From: Longimicrobiales bacterium
GTDB lineage: Bacteria > Gemmatimonadota > Gemmatimonadetes > Longimicrobiales > Gaopeijiaceae
Direction of reading: 5' to 3'
Length of the DNA stretch: 64,000 bases
Assembly (NCBI GenBank): GCA_965204735.1
Contig: OZ242008.1
Location: forward strand, 576,001 to 640,000
Made by a program: the position numbers and the translations under genes. Below the pieces are notes generated by a model. The model made no database searches, was not told the DNA's origin, and saw only the letters and a program-made list of their open reading frames with translations. Every line of letters starts with the position of its first letter. Positions within the stretch are counted from its first letter, which is position 1. Below, in pieces: positions 38,750-46,343 of this stretch.

Positions 38750-40052
38750 AGAGTCGGGCGAGGAGCAGCAGCGCCGTCACGTACATCAGCGCGCCCAGCA
38801 GGAAGGGGGCGCCCGGCAGCTGGAAGGGCGCCGCGGGCGACGTGAAGTAGCCGAAGAGCAGGCTCGTGAAGAGGATCGGCGCGACCACGGCGGTCAGGCT
38901 CATGAGCGACTGGATGCCGCCCTGGACCTTGCCCTGGTCCCGGGCCGTCACGGCGCCGGCCACCAAGCTCTGGATCGCCGGACCCGCGATGCCTCCGACC
39001 GACCCGAACACGATGAACACCAGCAGCATCCACCCTTCCGTGGCCAGTCCGTAGCCCAGAAAGGTCACGACGGCGACGGCCAGTCCGCCGACGATCGCCC
39101 GCCGTTCGCCCCAGCGTCGGATCACGGGCTGCACCAGCCCGCCCTGCACGACCGCTGCCATCACGCCCACCAGTCCCAGCGAGAGCCCGTTGGCGCGCTC
39201 GTCCCAGCCGAACTTGTGGCCGGTGTAAAGCACCCACGCCGTCTCCAGCCCCCGCTGGGCAAGTCCGATGAAGACGAACGACACCGAGAGCCCCGCCAGC
39301 AGACGGTTGGACCCGAGCACGAAGAGGCTGCCGACCGGGTTGGCCTTCAGCCAGCTGAAGCTGTCGCGCTTCTCCGGGGGCAGGGACTCGGGCAGGACGA
39401 AGAAGCCGTAGAGCCAGTTGACCAGGGCGAGGCCGGCGGCGGCGAAGAACGGCAGGCGCAGGTCGACGCCGCCCAGCAGTCCGCCCGCAACCGGTCCAAA
39501 GATGAAGCCCAGGCCGAAGGCGACGCCCACAAGGCCGAAGTTCCGCGCCCGCGTCTCGGGGGGCGACACGTCGGCGATGTAGGCGTGGGCGGTCGTGAAG
39601 CTGGCGCCCATGATCCCGGCGACCACCCGCCCTGCGAAGAGCCATCCGATCGTCGGCGCGAAGCCCATGATCAGGTAGTCGACGCCCAGGCCGAAGAGCG
39701 AGACGAGAATCACCGGCCGGCGGCCCACCCGGTCCGAGAGCGCGCCCAGCAGCGGGGCGAAGAGGAACTGGACCGCTGCGTACACCATTGCCAGGACGCC
39801 GAACCAGCGGGCCGCCTCCGACGTGCCCCCGCCGACGAACTCCTTGATCAGCTCCGGCAAGATGGGGATGATGATCCCGATCCCCAGCACGTCGATGAAC
39901 ACCGTGATCAAGATGAATATCACGGCGGCGGGCCGGCCCTGGCCGGTGGTCGGCTGCTCCGCGTCGGCGCTTGGCGCGTCGCCGGGCGCGAGCTCTCGCC
40001 GCCCGCCTCCCGGCGCGGGCTCCCGACCCGCCGTTTCGTCGCTTCCGGTCAC
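38715..40052 (-). CDS. MFS transporter, TCR/Tet (DHA1) family
   Basis: [25 protein letters not shown] (motif A), [10 protein letters not shown] (motif C), about 12 TM. Confidence 0.88.
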   Translation of the reverse strand: MTGSDETAGREPAPGGGRRELAPGDAPSADAEQPTTGQGRPAAVIFILITVFIDVLGIGIIIPILPELIKEFVGGGTSEAARWFGVLAMVYAAVQFLFAPLLGALSDRVGRRPVILVSLFGLGVDYLIMGFAPTIGWLFAGRVVAGIMGASFTTAHAYIADVSPPETRARNFGLVGVAFGLGFIFGPVAGGLLGGVDLRLPFFAAAGLALVNWLYGFFVLPESLPPEKRDSFSWLKANPVGSLFVLGSNRLLAGLSVSFVFIGLAQRGLETAWVLYTGHKFGWDERANGLSLGLVGVMAAVVQGGLVQPVIRRWGERRAIVGGLAVAVVTFLGYGLATEGWMLLVFIVFGSVGGIAGPAIQSLVAGAVTARDQGKVQGGIQSLMSLTAVVAPILFTSLLFGYFTSPAAPFQLPGAPFLLGALMYVTALLLLARLFRRVPADRPGG

Positions 40053-40132
40053 TCTACATTCCTTGGACGCGCGGGTGGACCGGAACCGTCGAGCCAAGGA
40101 GACGCGGCGACCGGAAGGCGGCCCGCAAATAT

Positions 40133-40222
40133 GGCGCGTCCGACCCAAGGGGGGAACGACTGCGCCCGGTCGACGCGGCGCGGCCCCCAGAACGGCGCGT
40201 CCGACCCAAGGGGGGAACGACT
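40133..40222. repeat. Exact 29-bp direct repeat pair, 32-bp intervening sequence, 61-bp period
   Basis: GGCGCGTCCGACCCAAGGGGGGAACGACT at 40133-40161 and 40194-40222; the second copy supplies the RBS of the next gene. Confidence 0.9.
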
Positions 40223-40224
40223 CC

Positions 40225-40968
40225 ATGACCTTCGACGCCTTCGAGGAAGAGGCTCGCCGGGCTTTCGACCGAATCCCCGAGCGCTACCGGGAGGGCGTGG
40301 ACGGCCTTGTCGTGGAGCGCGACCCGCAACCCCATCCCGACTTCCCCTACGTCTACACCCTGGGCCTGTGCGACACGGAGAGCTACCCGTCGGGCTGGGA
40401 CGGGCCGGACACCGTGCGGTCGCGGGTCGTCCTCTACTGGGGCTCGTTTCGGGCGCTGGCCAAGCTGGACCCGCGCTTCGACTGGGAGGAGGAGACCTGG
40501 GAGACCCTAACCCACGAACTGTACCATCACCTGGAGTCGCTGGCGGGCGAGGACGAGCTGTGCGGGGTGGACTACGCCATGGACCAAACGTTCCGGCGGG
40601 ACCACGAAGAGGAGTTCGATCGGGAGTACTACCGCAGCGGAGAACGGATCGGGCCGGGCGTCTACAACGTGGACGGCGACGTCTACATCGAGCAGGAGTG
40701 GGGACCGGACGAGCTTGCTCGGGCCGACGCGCTCCGGTTCGCGTGGGCGGGCCGCGAGTTCAGCGTGGAACCACCTGCCGTGCTGGGCGACGTGCACTTC
40801 GTTCGCATCGTGGACGGCGTGCCGGACGCGCCCCGACGCCTGGAGCTGGCGCTGGTGAGCAAGCCGTCGTGGCTCGAGCGGATTCGCGGCTTCCTGCGTG
40901 GACGGGAGCCCGAGATATGGGAGTCGGAAGCGCGCCCCAACCAGCCAGGGCAGCCCGGGGGGTCGTGA
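40225..40968 (+). CDS. Zincin-like metallopeptidase (DUF1025-like) with C-terminal extension
   Basis: MTFDAFEEEARRAFDRIP start, TLGL, LYWGSF, THELYHH (HExxH). Confidence 0.75.
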   Translation: MTFDAFEEEARRAFDRIPERYREGVDGLVVERDPQPHPDFPYVYTLGLCDTESYPSGWDGPDTVRSRVVLYWGSFRALAKLDPRFDWEEETWETLTHELYHHLESLAGEDELCGVDYAMDQTFRRDHEEEFDREYYRSGERIGPGVYNVDGDVYIEQEWGPDELARADALRFAWAGREFSVEPPAVLGDVHFVRIVDGVPDAPRRLELALVSKPSWLERIRGFLRGREPEIWESEARPNQPGQPGGS

Positions 40969-41035
40969 CGGATCGTGGACTGGTCGTGACGGATCGCGGA
41001 CTGGAGTTGACACGCCGCAAGATCTTAGCTACCAA
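40961..41035 (+). promoter_or_regulatory. 21-bp tandem duplication followed by a sigma70-like promoter
   Basis: GGTCGTGACGGATCG(T/C)GGACT twice (40961-41002); TTGACA 41007-41012, 17 bp, weak -10 TACCAA. Confidence 0.4.
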
Positions 41036-41123
41036 TCCGACCACACCGAGGATGCCGACGTTTCCAGCCGTGGTGGTGCCGAGCGGTGGCAAGCGTCCGC
41101 ATCTGCTGCGGAGGGGGGAAGCC

Positions 41124-41912
41124 ATGCGGAAGATCGGCAACCAACTCGTCCCGCTGTTCGTCGCCTTAGTAGTGGTGGTTCTGCCGTCCGCGTGCAGGGA
41201 CGCCACGGACCTGGCGGAAACCACCAGCCAAGACGCGGAAATGACCGCTGCCGAGCTCGAGGCCCTCGAGCTCGAGGCCCTGTGGCTGCAGATGCCCGGC
41301 AACGACCGCGAGTTCAACCGGCTGCTGGTGGAGGAGCTGCGGACCGGGGTCCCCATGGACTGGGACGAAGCTCTCCGCGCCCTGGAGGCGGACGGCCGGC
41401 GCTTCCCGCGGTTCAGGGTCGTGAACGACGACGACCTCGCGCCCGAGCAGATCGCCGAGGCGGACGCTGCCGAAGCAGAGACCCTGGCGATCATGGAGGA
41501 GTGGCTGCGGCTGCCCGGCAACGACCGCGAGTTCAACCGGCTGCTGGTGGAGGAGCTGCGGACCGGGGTCCCCATGGACTGGGACGAAGCTCTCCGCGCC
41601 CTGGAGGCGGATGGATGGCGCTTCCCGGCCATGACGCGCCTGACAGGCGCCCCGCTTCCGGCTAGCGTCGCATCTGCGTCGGACCGCGAGATGTACCGGG
41701 ACATCGTGCGCGACCCGGCCTACTACGGCAGCGAGCGATACTATCTGGATGCCGTGGTCGCGCTCTCGGTCCTTAGGGGGCAGCAGCGCGCGGCGTGCCA
41801 TGGCGTGCGGCAGGCCCGTACTCGAGTGGCCTGGAGAGACGACGACGGCCGCGAACGCGTGTCGCGGTACGAGTCTTGGGTGGGACGCAGCTGCCTGGAC
41901 CGAAGTTCCTAG
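41124..41912 (+). CDS. Hypothetical lipoprotein with internal duplication
   Basis: GGAGG RBS; MRK-hydrophobic-PSAC lipobox-like signal; PGNDREFNRLLVEELRTGVPMDWDEALRALEADG occurs twice. Confidence 0.6.
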   Translation: MRKIGNQLVPLFVALVVVVLPSACRDATDLAETTSQDAEMTAAELEALELEALWLQMPGNDREFNRLLVEELRTGVPMDWDEALRALEADGRRFPRFRVVNDDDLAPEQIAEADAAEAETLAIMEEWLRLPGNDREFNRLLVEELRTGVPMDWDEALRALEADGWRFPAMTRLTGAPLPASVASASDREMYRDIVRDPAYYGSERYYLDAVVALSVLRGQQRAACHGVRQARTRVAWRDDDGRERVSRYESWVGRSCLDRSS

Positions 41913-41966
41913 AAACGAAGCGTCGGGAAGAGGTCGGCTGGTAGACAGCCCAGCCGGGGAGTCGAG

Positions 41967-42587
41967 ATGGGACCAGGGAAGAAGCGCGTCGCCCGCAGTG
42001 CGTTCCGTGACCGCCGAAGCGCGGTCCTGCTGGTTCCGGCCACCCTGCTCCCCGTGTGGTGGGGATGCGCGTCGGGCGGGTCCGGCGGCGGCGAGGACGC
42101 GACGCCGACACCGGCGCAGGTGCGAAGCGTCGTGCGGGTCGAAGGCTACGCGCCGGTGGAGATCTTCAACGAACCCGGCGTCGGCGTCCGCACCATCGCC
42201 GTCGAGACCAGGACGGCGTGGCGGGCCCTGGGAGGGGTCTACGAGCAGATGGGCATCCCCGTCACGCAGTCGGATCCCCGGTCGATGCAGCTCGGCAACC
42301 CCGGCTACTTGGCGCGACGGGTGGACGGCGACCGCATGAACAGCTTCATCGACTGCGGCTCCGACTTCTCGGGCCCGCTCGCGAACCAGTACGACATCAC
42401 CTTGTCGGTGGTCACCAGGCTGACCTCCAAGGGGCCCGAGAGCACGGAAGTGCTGACGATGATGGACGCCTACGGCAAGCCCCGGGCGGTCAGCGGCAAC
42501 TCGATCCACTGCCAGTCCCGGGGCGTGCTGGAGATGAGGGTCGCCCAGAAGGTGGCGGATGCCTTGGAGAAGGGCCCGCAGCGGTAG
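41967..42587 (+). CDS. Hypothetical exported lipoprotein
   Basis: Hydrophobic leader ending WGC; globular-looking body with a Cys pair (IDCG ... CQSRGVLE); GC3-rich codons. Confidence 0.6.
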   Translation: MGPGKKRVARSAFRDRRSAVLLVPATLLPVWWGCASGGSGGGEDATPTPAQVRSVVRVEGYAPVEIFNEPGVGVRTIAVETRTAWRALGGVYEQMGIPVTQSDPRSMQLGNPGYLARRVDGDRMNSFIDCGSDFSGPLANQYDITLSVVTRLTSKGPESTEVLTMMDAYGKPRAVSGNSIHCQSRGVLEMRVAQKVADALEKGPQR

Positions 42588-42602
42588 GCGCCGGTTGTAA
42601 CT

Positions 42603-42692
42603 CGGCCGCCCGCGGGACCACGGGTCGCCGGCGGCCTTGATGCTCCGGACCCACTGCGTGGCGCGGCCGCCCGCGGGACCACGGGCCGCCGG
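42603..42692. repeat. 29-bp palindromic direct repeat pair, 32-bp intervening sequence, 61-bp period, between convergent genes
   Basis: CGGCCGCCCGCGGGACCACGGG(T/C)CGCCGG at 42603-42631 and 42664-42692 (28/29 identical). Confidence 0.9.
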
Positions 42693-42693
42693 T

Positions 42694-44916
42694 TCAGCAG
42701 GAGAGGCAGCGGTGATTGTTCCGAGAGCCCAGCTTCTCCAGCAGGACGACCGTCGCCGGGAAGGGCTGCTGGCGCTGGATCGGACCGTTCGCCATGTCGG
42801 CGACCGTTTGGCCGGCGCGGCTCACGGCGCCAACCTCGGCGCCCCGCCCGACCAAGTACAGCACGAGTTCCAGGTCTCCCCGGGCGGCGGCGTGGTGGAG
42901 CGGCGTGTATCCGTTGGCGTCGCGGGCGTTCACGTCGGCGCCGCACTCCTCCACGAGGAAGCGGACCGCTGCCGTCCAGCCGTCCGGGACGTGACGATGG
43001 GCATTGCCGGCGAAGGACTGGCCGTAGCCAACGCCGGAGGCCGCGTGGATGGGGTGGATCGCGGGGCCGCCCACGGGCGCCGGCGGCAGGCCCGACGGGT
43101 CGGGCTCGGATTCTTCCGCGGCCTCTTCCTCGGCGGCGGCCCGCCGACGGCGGTGCTCCGGGGGCTTGGCGGTCGGCGTCGTCGGGTCGGCGCCGTGCTC
43201 CTTGAGGAGGCGCATCGCTTCCATGTCCAGCGCGTAGGCGGCTCGCCAGAACGGCGTCGCGCCCCCTAGGTCGATCCCGCTTCCCCGCAGCACGCCAAAG
43301 GTGTATTCCATGTACCACAAGTGGCGACGAAGGCGGACGTTCGGGTCGGCGCCCGCCTCCAGAAGCGCCTTGAGCACATCCATGTAGGTGGCGCGCTGCC
43401 GCTCGTGCTCGACCGGGTGGGAGTACGAAGCTCGGGGCGCCCAGCGCCGCTCGAGCACGGCGAAGAGCGGGACCGTGCCGGCGTCGCTGGCGGCGTTCGG
43501 GTCGGCGCCGCGCTCGATCAGCTCCAGAGCCAAGTCGAACTGGCCGTTGATCGCCGCCATCAGGAGAGGCGCGGTGGCGTCGCCCGCCGAGGGCTGGTCG
43601 ATCTCGGCGCCCTCGTCCAACAGGGCCGCGACCGTCTCGGCGTGGCCCTGCCGCACCGCGTGGAGCAGGGGAGTGAGCCCACCCCATGCGCCCACCAGCT
43701 GGGCGTAGGAGAGGGGGCGCGGTTCCCCGTCGTCGGCGCTGTCGGGCTCGGCGTGGAGGTCGGTTTCGGCGTCCTCGGGGGAGGAGGCGCTGTCGGCGGC
43801 CGATTCCGCGCTGTCGGCGGTGTCCGGTTTGTCGGCGGCGCCCACGCTGTCGGTGGCTTCCACCCTGTCGGCGGCCGATTCCGCGCTGTCGGTGGTTTCC
43901 ACGCTGTCGGCGGCCGATTCCGCGCTGTCGGTGGCTTCCACGCTGTCGGCGGCAGCTTCCGCGCTGTCGGTGGTGTCCGCGCTGTCGGCCCCGGCCGCCG
44001 CGGTCGAGTCCGCCTCGGCGCCGGTCGCCGCCGGCGCCTCGCCGCCCTCGCTGTCCTGGGCCCGCTGGTCGTCGTCTTCCGGCTTGGGCACGTCGGGCCA
44101 CTTGCGCTGAATCCGGCGCGCGGCCTCGATCGCGGCCTGGACTTGGCTGGGCGAAGGCTGCCAGTTCGGCCCGCCGCCCTCCTTCTCCTTGAAGGCCGCC
44201 AGGAACTCGGAGAGCCGCCGATTGGCGGCTCGGTCCGCCGCCGCCCTCTCCACCACGTCCACGGGGCGAGCCGCCAGCGACGGGTCCGCGCCCGCGGCCA
44301 GCAGAGCCCGAACCACAGCCGTTCGTCCGGCCGAAGCCGCGAAGATCAGCGGGGTTTGGCCCCAAGCCGACTCCAGGGCGTCCACTTCCGCGCCGGCGTC
44401 CAAGAGCGCCGCGACCGCCGCTGGTTCGCCCGACGCGGCGGCCAAGTGGAGCGGCGTCGCGCCCGAGTTGGTGGTGCGCGCGTCCGGGTCGGCGCCGGCT
44501 TCCACCAGCAGGGCGATCATCCCGGCGCGGCCGCCTCGGGCGGCCAAGTGGAGCGGCGTGTAGCGTCCGATGCGCGTGCCCGCGCTCGTCCTGGCGCCGG
44601 CGACGAGCAGCGTCGCGCCCATCTCCGCGTCGCCCCGCTGCGCCGCCCAGTGCAGCGCCGTCATGCCGTCGCCCATGGGAGCGTTCACGTCCGCGCCCTC
44701 TCGGAGCAGCAGGCGAACTTCCTCCAGGTCGCCCCGACGGGCTGCGTCGGCGACGGGGGCGTCGGGACCGCCAAGGGCGCCGGGCCGGGCGTCGGCCGGC
44801 ACGACCAGCAGCGCGGCCGCGAGCACGGCCGCGCCGGTCCGCCGCCGCCCGCCGCCGACTTCGGCACGCACAGCCTTCACGACGCGCACGGCCGCGCGCC
44901 AAGCTCCGGCACGCAC
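42694..44916 (-). CDS. Exported ankyrin-repeat protein
   Basis: Multiple G.TPLH.AA..G ankyrin repeats; signal-like stretch; acidic repeat insert; ends CLSC. Start is GTG 44916 or 44880; the rest of the 2847-aa ORF is an off-frame shadow. Confidence 0.85.
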   Translation of the reverse strand: MRAGAWRAAVRVVKAVRAEVGGGRRRTGAAVLAAALLVVPADARPGALGGPDAPVADAARRGDLEEVRLLLREGADVNAPMGDGMTALHWAAQRGDAEMGATLLVAGARTSAGTRIGRYTPLHLAARGGRAGMIALLVEAGADPDARTTNSGATPLHLAAASGEPAAVAALLDAGAEVDALESAWGQTPLIFAASAGRTAVVRALLAAGADPSLAARPVDVVERAAADRAANRRLSEFLAAFKEKEGGGPNWQPSPSQVQAAIEAARRIQRKWPDVPKPEDDDQRAQDSEGGEAPAATGAEADSTAAAGADSADTTDSAEAAADSVEATDSAESAADSVETTDSAESAADRVEATDSVGAADKPDTADSAESAADSASSPEDAETDLHAEPDSADDGEPRPLSYAQLVGAWGGLTPLLHAVRQGHAETVAALLDEGAEIDQPSAGDATAPLLMAAINGQFDLALELIERGADPNAASDAGTVPLFAVLERRWAPRASYSHPVEHERQRATYMDVLKALLEAGADPNVRLRRHLWYMEYTFGVLRGSGIDLGGATPFWRAAYALDMEAMRLLKEHGADPTTPTAKPPEHRRRRAAAEEEAAEESEPDPSGLPPAPVGGPAIHPIHAASGVGYGQSFAGNAHRHVPDGWTAAVRFLVEECGADVNARDANGYTPLHHAAARGDLELVLYLVGRGAEVGAVSRAGQTVADMANGPIQRQQPFPATVVLLEKLGSRNNHRCLSC
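43787..43988 (-). repeat. About 39-bp coding tandem repeat (DSAESAADSVETT-like) in the ankyrin gene
   Basis: GCTGTCGGCGGCCGATTCCGCGCTGTCGGTGG unit repeated 4-5 times with variation. Confidence 0.85.
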
Positions 44917-44921
44917 CGCCT

Positions 44922-46310
44922 TCAGCTCTCCAGCGAGAACTCGCCCGTGCTGTCGCCGAACCGGTCCAGGTCGTCGTGGCCCAGCTTGTGCAGCAGCGTC
45001 GTGAAGACGTTGGCCATCGGCGTGCCGTCGGGCGCCTTGAGGTGAAGGTTTCCTTCCAGCCGACCGTTGGCGCCGCCCAACAAGACCAGCGGGCAGCGAC
45101 GGTGGTTGTGCAGGTTGGCGTCGCCCATGGGCGAGCCCCACAGGATCATCGACTGATCCAGCAGGCTGGAACCGCCGTCGTCGGTCTCCGCCAGCCGCTT
45201 CAGGAAGTAGGCGAGCTGGCCCGTCCGATACCGGCAGATCCGGTTGAACTCCATGATCGCCTCTTCGCGGCCGCCGTGATGCGAGGCAGGGTGAAACGCC
45301 TTGTCGGAACCGCTCTCCGGGAAGGTGCGGTTGGAGGCGTCGCGGCCCGTCTTGAACGACGTGATCCGGGTCGTGTCGGTCTGGAACGCGAGCACTTGCA
45401 GGTCGAACATCAAGCGCATGTGCTCCGAGAACGAGTCGGGCACCCCAGGGGGCGCTTCGGGCAGCTCCCGAGGCTCGCCGTCCGTGTTGCGCCTCTCGAC
45501 GCGCTCGATCCGCCGCTCGAGCTCGCGAACGCTCTCCAGGTATCGGTCCACCCTGCGACGGTCCTCGGGGCCCAGCTCCCGCTTCATCGCCGCGACTTCG
45601 CCGGCCACCCAGTCCAGAATGCTCTTGTGCAGCCGCCGTCGCGCCGCCCGCTCGTCCGGCGTTCCGCCTGCCCCGAAGAGCATGTCGAACGCAGTGCGAG
45701 GGCTGCGGATCATCGGCAGGGGGTCGGTGGGAGACGCCCAGCTGATGGAGTCGGTGTAGGAGCACGAGTAGTTGTAGTCGCAACCGCCTCCCTTGTCGGT
45801 GCTTTCGATGCACAGCTGGAGCGACGGCAGCACGGTGTCCTGTCCGAACCGGCGGGCGTGCAGCTGATCCAGGGAAGTGCCGCAGAAGATGTCCGACCCC
45901 TGGGTCTGCTTCGGGTGCGACTGGGTGAGGAAGACGGCGCTGGACCGAAAGTGGTCGCCGCCGACTTCCTGGGGCTCGAACGCCTCCGCCATCCGCGCGT
46001 CGGTGTTGCTGACGATCGTCATGTGCTTCCGCCACGGCTCCAGCGCCTTCAGGACGTTGTCGTCGGCGAGCCGGAACTCCGTGCCCGCGGTCGCCGGCGC
46101 GAAGAGGTGCTGCGTCGCGCCCCATTCGTTGCACCCGGGCACGCCGTGGACCTCCTCGATGCACACCAGACGGATGGGCCGCTTGGCGGCGGTCCCGCCC
46201 CGGAGGCGTCCGGCCGGCAGCATCGCGTCCAGGAAGGGAAGCGCGACGGCGGCGCCGGTTCCCCGAAGGAAGGTCCGGCGCGGCACGGATTTCCCGGTCA
46301 GAACGTGCAT
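44922..46310 (-). CDS. DUF1552 domain protein
   Basis: RRTFLRGTGAAVALPFLDAM Tat-like start, SLDQ, LPSLQL, CDYNYSCSY..SISW, TTRITSF, HPASHH, GSPMGDANLH. Confidence 0.88.
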   Translation of the reverse strand: MHVLTGKSVPRRTFLRGTGAAVALPFLDAMLPAGRLRGGTAAKRPIRLVCIEEVHGVPGCNEWGATQHLFAPATAGTEFRLADDNVLKALEPWRKHMTIVSNTDARMAEAFEPQEVGGDHFRSSAVFLTQSHPKQTQGSDIFCGTSLDQLHARRFGQDTVLPSLQLCIESTDKGGGCDYNYSCSYTDSISWASPTDPLPMIRSPRTAFDMLFGAGGTPDERAARRRLHKSILDWVAGEVAAMKRELGPEDRRRVDRYLESVRELERRIERVERRNTDGEPRELPEAPPGVPDSFSEHMRLMFDLQVLAFQTDTTRITSFKTGRDASNRTFPESGSDKAFHPASHHGGREEAIMEFNRICRYRTGQLAYFLKRLAETDDGGSSLLDQSMILWGSPMGDANLHNHRRCPLVLLGGANGRLEGNLHLKAPDGTPMANVFTTLLHKLGHDDLDRFGDSTGEFSLES

Positions 46311-46343
46311 GGTCGTTTCCCGGCTGGTCGTTTCCCGATCGTC

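Noticed and set aside
38715..40052. Tetracycline resistance gene tetA
   Set aside because: Family-level similarity only, no tetR or mobile context; substrate unknown
41283..41630. Diversity-generating retroelement TR/VR pair
   Set aside because: Copies are identical rather than differing at adenines, and no reverse transcriptase is present
16784..42692. Calling the 61-bp units bona fide CRISPR arrays
   Set aside because: Only two repeats each, different sequence at each site, no leader or cas genes; kept as a hypothesis only
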